Shown: positions 9,184 through 17,509, counted from the stretch's first letter. The stretch: DNA of 56,243 nt from a virus (IMGVR_UViG_3300019458_000040:1-56243), one strand, 5' to 3'. The notes: generated by a model not told the origin, from the sequence alone. Translations and numbers: made by a program.

Positions 9184-9587
9184 ATCTCGAAAATGCCCTC
9201 CGCGCCGACCGCACTCGATTCATCGATGAGGCCAAACTCATCGATCGCCAGATGATCGATCTCAGAAATCGCCGGGTCTCGATAGAGAACAAGTTGGCAG
9301 CGATTGACGTTCTTCTGAACGACGGCAAGGAATCCAACGAGCCGTTTCCGAACGGTACGATGCGGCATGACGTAGCTCGTGTGGTTAGAGACGCGGGCAA
9401 GGACATGTCAACCCGAGAAGTGGCCGATGCGCTTGAGGCGATGGGGCACCCGAAGAGCCATCTGTATTCGCGAGTCGCCGCCGCACTGCACGGCGCAACC
9501 CAGTTCGTTGAATCCGTTGGCAAATCGACATGGCGTTATCGCAATACGAACCGCGACGCATCAGGCCAGACCGGAGACAAGCCATGA
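9180..9587 (+). CDS. Coiled-coil plus winged-helix putative DNA-binding protein
   Basis: Heptad N-terminus; VVRDAGKDMSTREVADALEAMG...VGKSTWRY wHTH-like pattern. Confidence 0.65.
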   Translation: MNLENALRADRTRFIDEAKLIDRQMIDLRNRRVSIENKLAAIDVLLNDGKESNEPFPNGTMRHDVARVVRDAGKDMSTREVADALEAMGHPKSHLYSRVAAALHGATQFVESVGKSTWRYRNTNRDASGQTGDKP

Positions 9588-9883
9588 GCCAGGAGATGAC
9601 CGCGACGGAATACGAGGAGACGATGAATCAGGTCGCACTCTTAGGAAGGCTCGTAGAGAGCCTCCGGATCGACGACGCGATGCGCCTCGTGAATCGCGCG
9701 GAGGACGTCGGCTTTCTCTTCGTCGCTCCATTCAACTACACGCGCGGGCTCAAGAACACGCGCGACGCGATGGATCTCCTTTGGCCGCTTCGGCAGTTTC
9801 AGCGCAGTGTGTGTGCCGTGAAGCAGCGCGCCATCGACGAAGGGCGCGTGAAAACGGAGACCACAACCGGAGGCAAGCCATGA
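9584..9883 (+). CDS. Hypothetical protein (cassette-like)
   Basis: Bounded by junction repeats. Confidence 0.7.
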   Translation: MSQEMTATEYEETMNQVALLGRLVESLRIDDAMRLVNRAEDVGFLFVAPFNYTRGLKNTRDAMDLLWPLRQFQRSVCAVKQRAIDEGRVKTETTTGGKP

Positions 9884-10119
9884 GCGGAGAAGATAGGGAG
9901 CACGATCCCTACTCGCATTACCAGGACTGGGAGCGGCTCATGGGTCTCGCCGCTAATTCGGCGCAATGCGAGCGACCCGACATGCCCGATGGCAACAGCG
10001 CCGATTGTCCGTGTCCCCCCTGTGCGATAGCGAACTGGTGGGATGGCCTCGACGGTCTGGAGAGGGGAATCTTGTTCGCGGGAATGGTCGAGCAGGGATT
10101 CGACTGGGGTAAGAAATGA
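9880..10119 (+). CDS. Hypothetical protein with CPCPPC motif
   Basis: Starts in the junction repeat. Confidence 0.6.
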   Translation: MSGEDREHDPYSHYQDWERLMGLAANSAQCERPDMPDGNSADCPCPPCAIANWWDGLDGLERGILFAGMVEQGFDWGKK

Positions 10120-10185
10120 GGCCCAAGGACCAGGAGCACGACCGTGCCAGTTTTAGACCATTGATCGTCTAGCCGGAGGCAAGCC

Positions 10186-10668
10186 ATGAGCGGACTGACG
10201 GAGGAACAGGCGGGGCGGATTGAAGTGATTCGAGATCGCGTCCGCCTGTGGGGTCGAACTGTATTTGAAAGCGACTTTCGCGACCTCCTCTCCATCATCG
10301 ACTCCCTCACGGCGGCGGTTGAGGCGAGGGAGGGGGAGTGCTTGAGTCTGAAGCGCCCCGTCTGCGCGGACTGCGGATACGTCGAGAATTGGGACGAGGA
10401 TGGATGCTGCTCGACCTGTGGACGAGACGTGGTGTTCTCGATCGAGCAGGGGGCTCAGGCCCTAAAGGACGCGCTCGACGGCGTTGAATCTCGCGATGCC
10501 GAGATCGTCCGCTTGAAGGGGATCGCGCGGGGGCTGTACGGGGCGCTGGATCTCGCCCTGACTACACTCGAGCATTTAGAGCGCGTGGCTCCATCCGCGA
10601 GTTCGCCGAGGAGCAGCAGAAAGGAACACCGTGAGAAGCCGGGAAGAGATCGAGCATCGCATCCGTGA
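10186..10668 (+). CDS. Hypothetical zinc-ribbon protein
   Basis: CADCG...CCSTCG; starts in the junction repeat. Confidence 0.65.
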   Translation: MSGLTEEQAGRIEVIRDRVRLWGRTVFESDFRDLLSIIDSLTAAVEAREGECLSLKRPVCADCGYVENWDEDGCCSTCGRDVVFSIEQGAQALKDALDGVESRDAEIVRLKGIARGLYGALDLALTTLEHLERVAPSASSPRSSRKEHREKPGRDRASHP

Positions 10669-10867
10669 GATCGAGAGCGACGAGCGGATGGGCTACGAGC
10701 CTGCTCTCATCGACGTCAACGCGCCACTTGCGCTAATTCAGGTGGAAGGGAAGGTCGCGGTCGCCGCGCTCAAGTGGGCTCTCGGCGAAGGCGCGTACTG
10801 CGCCGGCAGTTACCCGCACCGCGAGTTCGCCGAGGGGGCGGGGGAGGAAAGGGAGGCGGGAAAGTGA
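10631..10867 (+). CDS. Hypothetical protein
   Basis: AAGGA RBS, GTG start, GTGA coupling. Confidence 0.6.
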   Translation: MRSREEIEHRIREIESDERMGYEPALIDVNAPLALIQVEGKVAVAALKWALGEGAYCAGSYPHREFAEGAGEEREAGK

Positions 10868-11343
10868 ACGCGGAGCGCGAGAGAGAACTGCTCGGGTTGA
10901 TCGTAGCCTACATGGGCCTAGTAGGAGCAAGCCCGGGTGTATTCATTAGCGAGGGTAAGAATCCAGCCGTAGTGGCCGACTTTAGAAGGCCACGCCGAGT
11001 GCCGACAGGTGCCCAGTTGTGCTCTGAACGGTACGAGAATTCGAGCATAATCGAACGGTTCACGCTTCCGGCCGCTTGGGCCGAGTCCGAAGCGTGCCTC
11101 CGCGAAGTGGCCGGGGAGTGCGCGGTGCGCTGTGTGGAGGTCTCCTACTCTCCGGAGGGGAGTCGCGTCAATCTCCGCTACGTCGAGCCTGTAGTCGTGT
11201 CCGAAATGAGCGATGTGATTGAGCGCACCGCTCAGGGAAACGACCCTTCCCGCCCCGTCGCCCTCCTCAAAGCGTTCGACGCGGCGTTCGGAGGGACGGG
11301 CGCTTCGAAATATCTCCGCCCCGACTCGGAGGGCGCGCGGTGA
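10864..11343 (+). CDS. Hypothetical protein
   Basis: GGAGG RBS; GTGA coupling. Confidence 0.6.
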   Translation: MNAERERELLGLIVAYMGLVGASPGVFISEGKNPAVVADFRRPRRVPTGAQLCSERYENSSIIERFTLPAAWAESEACLREVAGECAVRCVEVSYSPEGSRVNLRYVEPVVVSEMSDVIERTAQGNDPSRPVALLKAFDAAFGGTGASKYLRPDSEGAR

Positions 11344-11522
11344 CCGATCTCCCGCTGTCTCTCGACTCGTCTCAAGCGGCTCGCGTCGTTGAGGCGCTGG
11401 CTCGTCGGGGGAAGGTCGAATGCTGTTTCATCAACGGCCATCAACTTGATGGCGCGATGGAGGTCACCCTCTTGGTGACCGCAGTCGTGCCGGACGCCAA
11501 ACATCGAAAGGACAGGAAATAA
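11340..11522 (+). CDS. Hypothetical protein
   Basis: GGAGG RBS; TAATG overlap with the next gene. Confidence 0.55.
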   Translation: MTDLPLSLDSSQAARVVEALARRGKVECCFINGHQLDGAMEVTLLVTAVVPDAKHRKDRK

Positions 11523-11746
11523 TGGGACAGGTAACGAAGGACAACGTCGAGCAGGTCTTCACCTACCAGAAGCCGCGCGAGGATCAGATTCCGAAGTTCG
11601 ACGCGATTCGATCAGCGGCGGTCGCGCTCGCAAGGGCGATCCTCGACAACTGCCCGCCGTGCGCGGACACATCGGCGGCACTACGTCTCCTCCGTGACGC
11701 TCGGATGACAGCGAACGCGGCGATCGCGCTCGATGGAGCGATCTGA
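11522..11746 (+). CDS. Acb2/Tad1-like helical hairpin protein, putative anti-defence nucleotide sponge
   Basis: FTYQKP...FDAIRSAA...CPPCADTSAALRLLRDARMTANAAIA matches my recollection of this family. Confidence 0.6.
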   Translation: MGQVTKDNVEQVFTYQKPREDQIPKFDAIRSAAVALARAILDNCPPCADTSAALRLLRDARMTANAAIALDGAI

Positions 11747-11961
11747 TGGGCCTCCTGACAATCACAACGCGCGGGAGCTTCAAACCGCAGGTCGCTACGT
11801 TTTCGGCGATGAAGCACGCTCACGCCCAAGCCGTTGCGGGGGCGATCAGGTGGCTCTCGGAGGTCGTACTTCCCGAGGCGATCGAACAGGATCATCGACT
11901 CCACAAGGAAGGTTCGGCCCCGGAGGACGGGTTATTTGGTGCAGGCGAGACGAGGGTCTGA
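11746..11961 (+). CDS. Hypothetical protein
   Basis: TGATG coupling. Confidence 0.6.
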   Translation: MGLLTITTRGSFKPQVATFSAMKHAHAQAVAGAIRWLSEVVLPEAIEQDHRLHKEGSAPEDGLFGAGETRV

Positions 11962-11962
11962 C

Positions 11963-12241
11963 ATGACCGATCTCCGGTTCGATGAGGAGGCGAGGGCGCT
12001 CTACGGGAAACTCTTCAATCGTGGGGTCGAGACGTTGGTCGACGAACACGAGGTCGCGAGGATCGAATCCGCCCTCCGCGCCGCCGCCGCGAAGGCGCTG
12101 AGGTGGGCAGCGAATCTCGAAAGCGACCTCGCTTTCACGCACCACGAGCTGCCGGACCTTAGGCGACTGATGCGAGAGAAGGCCGCCTCCCTCTGTGCCC
12201 CCGCCAACGATGCGAATGACGACTCCAACAAGAAAGGATAA
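11963..12241 (+). CDS. Hypothetical protein
   Basis: GAGG RBS; ends in the 45 bp repeat. Confidence 0.6.
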   Translation: MTDLRFDEEARALYGKLFNRGVETLVDEHEVARIESALRAAAAKALRWAANLESDLAFTHHELPDLRRLMREKAASLCAPANDANDDSNKKG

Positions 12242-12616
12242 GCAATGACCGATTTCATCGACTTAGCTCTCGGCGTGCTTGGCGGCAAAAGCCCCGAGGA
12301 GCTTGGCTGCCGGAAGATCGCGCAACTGGACGCGAGAGACAACGCGGGCATCGGCGTCTCGACGATGTGGATGCCGGACGTGGAGCGGTACGAGACCGCG
12401 GTATACGACGGCTTCGAGCCGGGCGCCACCTACCCTGTCGAGCGATACATGACCGAGGAGGCTGCGCTCGAAGGTCATGCGAAGTGGGTTTCGCAGGCGA
12501 AGCCGGGTGTCGAGATCAAGCCGCTTGGTGTCGGAGACTCGGAGTTTCTCGCAGGCGCGCCGCACGTCCTCGCCCCCGCCAACGATTCAAGTGCCGACAT
12601 GCCCAAGAAAGGATAA
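12197..12616 (+). repeat. 45 bp imperfect direct repeat GCCCCCGCCAACGAT-N17-CAAGAAAGGATAA, two copies
   Basis: Copies at 12197-12241 and 12572-12616 with the same internal spacing. Confidence 0.9.
12245..12616 (+). CDS. Hypothetical protein
   Basis: AAGGA RBS; YETAVYD...PVERY motif. Confidence 0.7.
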   Translation: MTDFIDLALGVLGGKSPEELGCRKIAQLDARDNAGIGVSTMWMPDVERYETAVYDGFEPGATYPVERYMTEEAALEGHAKWVSQAKPGVEIKPLGVGDSEFLAGAPHVLAPANDSSADMPKKG

Positions 12617-12620
12617 CCCC

Positions 12621-13514
12621 GTGGCAACACTCACCGCCTCTCACGCCGGATCGTTCCCAGTCCCTCTCTCCGCCCCGTCGATCGCGCCGAACGGTGACGG
12701 GTCGTACAGCGTCGTCGGGGGCGGCGGATTCTTCCGCTGGACCCCAGGCGAACCGCCCACGTTGGTCATCGCGGAGGGCGTCCGGGAGTTCTGCGGACTG
12801 ACCGTCGAGGACTCGACCGCGACGCTCTGGGGCGGGCGCTTCGCTGAGACGATGTTCGGCGCTCTCGTAGACTCGGAGGCGCGCGACGTCGCCAGCGGCG
12901 CCGTCCTCACGATAGTCCCGCCGATCATCCTCCCGGAGCCCATTGCCTTCCCGGGCACCGTGCGCCGCGGCCGCAACGTCCTGCTGGTCGGCGGGCTGTC
13001 CGGTGGCAACGCCGCGCTCCGCTCGATCGTACTGGTCCGCGACGGCGCCGCCCGGAAGCTCCCGCTCCTCCTCCCCGTCGCCGGGCATGGGCAGCTCGCC
13101 GCCGACGGGCGTCGCTGCTACCTCGGTATCTCGACCGAGTTCGGCACGACCTTCGTCGAGAAGGAAGATGGGCAGCCGCTCGCGACCGGGCTCAACACCA
13201 TCATCCCCGGACGCCCGCTCTCCGGCCTCGCGCTCGCGCAGCGCGACCCCGATTCCTTCTTCGCGGTCGGCGGCGTCGGCCACGGCTACGAGTCGCCGAC
13301 CGTGTACCTCCACGACTCGGGCGTGACAACCATCGTTGGCGACCTCGCGACACCGAAGCCCGACTCTACGGACCTCGAGCCGCTCTTCCTCGCGCACGCA
13401 GCGGCCGTGTACGTCTCCGGCAAGCTCTACCTTCTCGGCGGGACGCGTCGGCGCCGGAGCGGGCTCTCCTTCGAGCAGTGGGCGTCGGCGGGCATCTTCG
13501 AGGTCGCGGTATGA
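12621..13514 (+). CDS. Putative kelch-like beta-propeller protein
   Basis: Repeated hydrophobic-GG motifs: SVVGGG, TLWGG, LLVGG, FAVGG, YLLGG. Confidence 0.55.
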   Translation: MATLTASHAGSFPVPLSAPSIAPNGDGSYSVVGGGGFFRWTPGEPPTLVIAEGVREFCGLTVEDSTATLWGGRFAETMFGALVDSEARDVASGAVLTIVPPIILPEPIAFPGTVRRGRNVLLVGGLSGGNAALRSIVLVRDGAARKLPLLLPVAGHGQLAADGRRCYLGISTEFGTTFVEKEDGQPLATGLNTIIPGRPLSGLALAQRDPDSFFAVGGVGHGYESPTVYLHDSGVTTIVGDLATPKPDSTDLEPLFLAHAAAVYVSGKLYLLGGTRRRRSGLSFEQWASAGIFEVAV

Positions 13515-13640
13515 AGAAAGGCGACACGATCCCCATCCGCTCATCGACCGGCGGCAGTTTCCCTGTCACGTTCCAGTCCGAGGGCCAATGTCGCGGGTGC
13601 GAGGCACCCATAACAAGATCGCTTGTCTTCGAAAGGCGAA

Positions 13641-13952
13641 ATGACCGAAGCCCGCTCTCGATCAACCGACCCGCGGACCTCGCGCGAAGCCGCACGCGCC
13701 GTCGAATCCCGCGGCGTCGCCCGAGCCCAGCGCGAGAAGTGCCTCGCGGAGGTCCGGCGGAAGCCGGGGCAGACCGCCGCCGAGATCGCGCTCCAGGTCG
13801 GGCTCGAGCGACACGCGCCCTCGAGGCGGTTGCCGGAGCTGCGGGAGGCAGGGCTCGTCGTCAACGGGGCGGCGAGGAAGTGCGGGGTCGTGGGGAGTCT
13901 GAGTTTGACGTGGTGGGCGAGGGTCGGGGGGCAGGGGGTGCTGTTCGGATGA
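13641..13952 (+). CDS. Winged helix-turn-helix protein
   Basis: RSTDPRTSREAA, PGQTAAEIA, SRRLPELREAGLV. Confidence 0.8.
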   Translation: MTEARSRSTDPRTSREAARAVESRGVARAQREKCLAEVRRKPGQTAAEIALQVGLERHAPSRRLPELREAGLVVNGAARKCGVVGSLSLTWWARVGGQGVLFG

Positions 13953-14677
13953 ACACCAACAACCGAGAGGAATCTCATGCCGTGGCCCGCGCGGCTAGGG
14001 CCTCGGCTGTCGCGTCCACGCAGCGCGGAATCTTCCTCTCGGCTATTCGCAAGATGCCGGGATCGACGAGCGGTGAGATTGCTCGGGAGACAGGGCTTGA
14101 TCGGCGCAAACTGTTATCGTCGCTTTTCGCGTTGCGTAGTCTCGGCTTCGTCGTAAATGGGAAGCCACGGAAGCGTGTTGATGCCAATAGATACTCCCTA
14201 ACGTGGTGGCCGACGGACAAGGTGTATTCGCCCAACCAATGGACTGTAGGGAGACTTGTGGCATTCGTTCGTGAGTTGGATAGGCGAGGGCTGAGACTTA
14301 AGGATCTTGCCTACTCGACGCGGAGTGGCTTCTACAGAGCCGCACGTAAACTAATGGGACTCGGTGCGGTAGACAAGATCTACTCTTTAGCCGGTGTTGA
14401 AAAGCCGCTACACGGAGCTTTCAAGAACGACAAGTCCAGCATTGTCCGGATTATCCTGTCTGAGAATCGGGCCGGGCTACCGATGAACACCGCGAGCTTT
14501 CACCGGCGCCACCCGCTTGCGTACTACAACGCACTTCGATTCTTTGGGACGCGGTCATGGGCTGACGTGCTTCATCGATGCGGCATCGATCCTCTAAGGG
14601 TGCAGATCAACATGTCCGTCAAGGAGCGATTGCGCTTCAGCCCCGAACGATCCAACAGCAAAGGAAAGACATGCTGA
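13949..14677 (+). CDS. wHTH protein paralogous to 13641-13952, with C-terminal extension
   Basis: PGSTSGEIA...GFVVNG...SLTWW aligns to the upstream gene; more A/T-rich. Confidence 0.7.
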   Translation: MNTNNREESHAVARAARASAVASTQRGIFLSAIRKMPGSTSGEIARETGLDRRKLLSSLFALRSLGFVVNGKPRKRVDANRYSLTWWPTDKVYSPNQWTVGRLVAFVRELDRRGLRLKDLAYSTRSGFYRAARKLMGLGAVDKIYSLAGVEKPLHGAFKNDKSSIVRIILSENRAGLPMNTASFHRRHPLAYYNALRFFGTRSWADVLHRCGIDPLRVQINMSVKERLRFSPERSNSKGKTC

Positions 14678-15687
14678 AGTTCAAGCGACTTGCCACAGTT
14701 CCCACAAGACAGGTGCGTGTAGCGGAGCGCGGGGTTCGAAAGATCTTCGATCCTTCGGCCCTTAAGGAACTGGGCAAGAGCCTCCGGGCGAACGGGATGA
14801 TTCAGCCGATCGTCTGCTTCGAGAAGGCTGGCATCTTCGAGGTCGTCGCCGGCAACAGACGGTTGCTCGCGGCGAAGCGAAGCGGCATGAAGAAAGTCCC
14901 GATAGTCATTGTCGAGCAGCCCTCGGCGCAGGAGGCCCTTCTGGCGGCGCTTGAGGAGAACCAGAAGCGCCGGAATCTGTTGCCGCTGGAAGAGGCGGAG
15001 TGCTACTCGAGGTTGATCAAAGACCACGGCATGGCGATTGGCGACGTATGTCGTACCGTCGGCCTTTCCAGGTTTCAGGTTGAGCGCAAGATACGGCTAC
15101 TCGGTCTTGCGGAGCCGACGTACTCGGCGCTCAAGAACGGGAAGATCGACGCTAGCCTCGCTCTCGCCGTTGACTCAGTCACGGACCCAGGCGAACAACG
15201 CTCCGTTCTGGTTATCGCGATCAAGGAAAAGCTACGGGCTCACGAGGTCGCTCAGTTGGTCAAGGAAAGGCAGGCGCCCGTTCGTGGCCCGGCGAAGCGA
15301 CATCAGTTGGCTCTAAAGCATGGTGTTAGCGCTCGAAAGCTGAGCCTCCGGATCGGGTCGTTAAGCGGCCTACTCGCGGAGAGTCGGAAGGCTCTCATCG
15401 ATGCGACCGACGCGGACATGCCGCGCCTTCTGGACAGCGTTGCGGACGTGAAGAACTCGGCTCTGCGACTCTTAGTAGACACCGTGCTAGTCTCCGACCT
15501 TGGGGAATTAGTGCCACCGATGGTAAGTGAGTGTAAGAGGTTCGTGGAGATGACAGAAAGGCTCAAAGGCTACGCCGACATTCGGGACAGCGCGACTGCT
15601 GTGCGGAAGGTCGCCGAAGAGCTCCTGGAGGCTTTGCGGTCCGAGGTCACGCGTCGACTTGCTGCGAACAAGAGATCCGATTCGTGA
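14671..15687 (+). CDS. parB: Second ParB/RepB/Spo0J-family protein
   Basis: GMIQPIV, EVVAGNRRLLAA, EENQKRRNL, HTH. Confidence 0.88.
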   Translation: MLKFKRLATVPTRQVRVAERGVRKIFDPSALKELGKSLRANGMIQPIVCFEKAGIFEVVAGNRRLLAAKRSGMKKVPIVIVEQPSAQEALLAALEENQKRRNLLPLEEAECYSRLIKDHGMAIGDVCRTVGLSRFQVERKIRLLGLAEPTYSALKNGKIDASLALAVDSVTDPGEQRSVLVIAIKEKLRAHEVAQLVKERQAPVRGPAKRHQLALKHGVSARKLSLRIGSLSGLLAESRKALIDATDADMPRLLDSVADVKNSALRLLVDTVLVSDLGELVPPMVSECKRFVEMTERLKGYADIRDSATAVRKVAEELLEALRSEVTRRLAANKRSDS

Positions 15688-16130
15688 TAGATGTAGACGG
15701 GCCAGGCGGGCGTCGCTGCCTCGTCTTTTCGCTCCCCGAGTCCTTCTACCTCCGCAACCGCTTCATCTCCTCGCTTCCGAGCGCGAACGTCTTCGTCGCG
15801 TGGAACCGATCGCGCCTCTTCCACCGATTCAAAGACCTGAAGCGCCGCTACGCGGTCTACATCCTCGCGGCTCAGGTCGGCAACCGATGGGGCCCGCCGG
15901 CGGATCGCGTCGAGGTGGAGATCGTCCGGCGTTGCGGCCGCTTCTACGATCAGGTGAATCTCGAGGGGGCGTGTAAGTATCTCGAGGACGCCCTCGTTCA
16001 CGCGCGGATCGTGGTCGACGATTCGCCCGAGCACATGACGCGGGTCGTGCGGCAGGAGAAAGCGCCGAAGGGCGAGCGCGGGGTGGTGGTGACGGTGACG
16101 GAGATGCTCACGGAAGTCGGAGGTCAGTAA
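15684..16130 (+). CDS. RusA-like Holliday junction resolvase
   Basis: LPSAN, YDQVNLEGACKYLEDALVHARIVVDDSP acidic motifs. Confidence 0.75.
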   Translation: MIDVDGPGGRRCLVFSLPESFYLRNRFISSLPSANVFVAWNRSRLFHRFKDLKRRYAVYILAAQVGNRWGPPADRVEVEIVRRCGRFYDQVNLEGACKYLEDALVHARIVVDDSPEHMTRVVRQEKAPKGERGVVVTVTEMLTEVGGQ

Positions 16131-16633
16131 TGAAGAAGTGGACGCGGACGTTCGTTGATCGGCCGTCTCCGAAGTATATGCGAGCCGTTGGTGCGCTGAC
16201 AGACCTACTAGAAGCCGAGGGCGCAGACAACGTCGGGCGAGCTTATGCTGAGGCGGTATGGGAGGCCGAACGCAAGGCGTACCTCAAGACGAGAGGTGTC
16301 AGGGTCGCTTCCCGAGCCTGCTTCCATCGACTGACGGGGGAGAAGTGCGACGGCTCGGAGTGGAACCAGTACGGGTTGCCGTTCGACCACCAATCACTTC
16401 TCGTCATCGGTCGGACGGCGAAGGCGTTCCTGTCGCAGCCGTACGACATTTCCTTGGAGCACATGCGGAACATCGTAGCCGTGTGCGATAGGAAGCGTCT
16501 CGACGCCAATATCTCCACTTGGCCGGCGTGGCATTACCCGGGTGGGGTGATCTCGCTCGAGTTCACCGGGGCCGGGGAGGGAATCGCCAATCGACTCGGA
16601 AATCGAGAACCCGAGGAGGACTCCGGTGATTGA
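16130..16633 (+). CDS. Hypothetical protein
   Basis: GGAGG RBS, TAATG coupling; DH...SQPY...WHYPG motifs. Confidence 0.75.
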   Translation: MKKWTRTFVDRPSPKYMRAVGALTDLLEAEGADNVGRAYAEAVWEAERKAYLKTRGVRVASRACFHRLTGEKCDGSEWNQYGLPFDHQSLLVIGRTAKAFLSQPYDISLEHMRNIVAVCDRKRLDANISTWPAWHYPGGVISLEFTGAGEGIANRLGNREPEEDSGD

Positions 16634-16937
16634 GTTCGTCGTCAAGAGCGATTCGGATCGAGGCGCGGTCCACTGCCCCAGGGTCCGATGCGACGAGTGC
16701 GGACTGACGATCGACGACGCGAACTGGGGGAACGTCTACTACGATCCGAACAGAGCCGATGGCGGAGCGCCCGCAATCTTCCTCCATAAGCCGTGCTCAC
16801 GCTCGTTCGAGGAGCGACGGAAGGACGTCTTTTGGTCATGGGAGGAAATGTCTGTCTGGTTCGTCCAACTCGCGAGCAACGCCAGGCTCGACAGGAAGAG
16901 GTCTGAGGCCAGAGCGCGCAGACTCGAGTCGCTTTAA
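16626..16937 (+). CDS. Hypothetical zinc-binding protein
   Basis: CDECG and HKPC; GAGGAGG RBS. Confidence 0.7.
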   Translation: MIEFVVKSDSDRGAVHCPRVRCDECGLTIDDANWGNVYYDPNRADGGAPAIFLHKPCSRSFEERRKDVFWSWEEMSVWFVQLASNARLDRKRSEARARRLESL

Positions 16938-16979
16938 AGTGTCAAAGGGGCGGCATAGGGTGACGGTGACGGAGGCGTT

Positions 16980-17186
16980 GTGACCACTCGCCGCGCGGTG
17001 CTCGTAGGCGGCAGTGTCCATGGGCAGCGATTGGAAATCCCGGAGAGTCACTTCGATCGGTTCTTCGTTCCGACGGCTTTGGGCGGCAGGGTCTTCGATC
17101 AGGAATACCGCCCCGTTCGTCAGAAGCCCGACGGCGAGTGGATCTACCGTTACCAGCGCTCGACTTCCCCGCGCGGCTCTGTATGA
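16980..17186 (+). CDS. Hypothetical protein
   Basis: GGAGG RBS; LVGGSVHG motif. Confidence 0.6.
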   Translation: MTTRRAVLVGGSVHGQRLEIPESHFDRFFVPTALGGRVFDQEYRPVRQKPDGEWIYRYQRSTSPRGSV

Positions 17187-17256
17187 AGAAAACCGTCCGC
17201 TCTGGCCGGTGCAGTCGGAGGCCACCGGGGCATCGGGCCCCGAGAAAGCGCCCCGC

Positions 17257-17493
17257 ATGGGCGTCATCGATCCTCGCGTCAAGAAGTTCGCAGCCGCAAC
17301 GCTACTCCTCGTCTCCGCCGTCCTCTTCGGACTCGCCGTCCTCTTCGGACTCGCCGTGCTTGCGGCCGGCGCCTACGCCCAGGAGGAGGCCTTCGTCGCG
17401 ACCAGCCCGGACTTCGTCACGGGCGCGCCGGCGTCGATCTGCTCGATCGAGAACGGGATCGCGACGCTCGCGCATGGGAGCGCGGGAGGCTGA
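17257..17493 (+). CDS. Short signal-peptide protein, possibly truncated
   Basis: KKFAAATLLL...AGAYA-Q; contains an 18 bp tandem duplication at 17316-17351. Confidence 0.45.
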   Translation: MGVIDPRVKKFAAATLLLVSAVLFGLAVLFGLAVLAAGAYAQEEAFVATSPDFVTGAPASICSIENGIATLAHGSAGG

Positions 17494-17509
17494 AGCCGGG
17501 AGGGTTTCC

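Larger units (their letters stand above)
9166..10189 (+). repeat. Four copies of an ~18 bp gene-junction repeat (A/G)CCGGAG(G/A)CA(A/G)GCCATGA
   Basis: Copies at 9166-9183, 9570-9587, 9866-9883, 10172-10189; the last two share 22 identical bp. Confidence 0.9.
16088..16974 (+). repeat. 16 bp direct repeat GGTGACGGTGACGGAG flanking two genes
   Basis: Copies at 16088-16103 and 16959-16974. Confidence 0.85.

Noticed and set aside
9166-10189. CRISPR array or true integron attC sites
   Set aside because: Spacing is 300-400 bp of coding sequence; repeats lack attC or CRISPR structure; no cas or integrase gene
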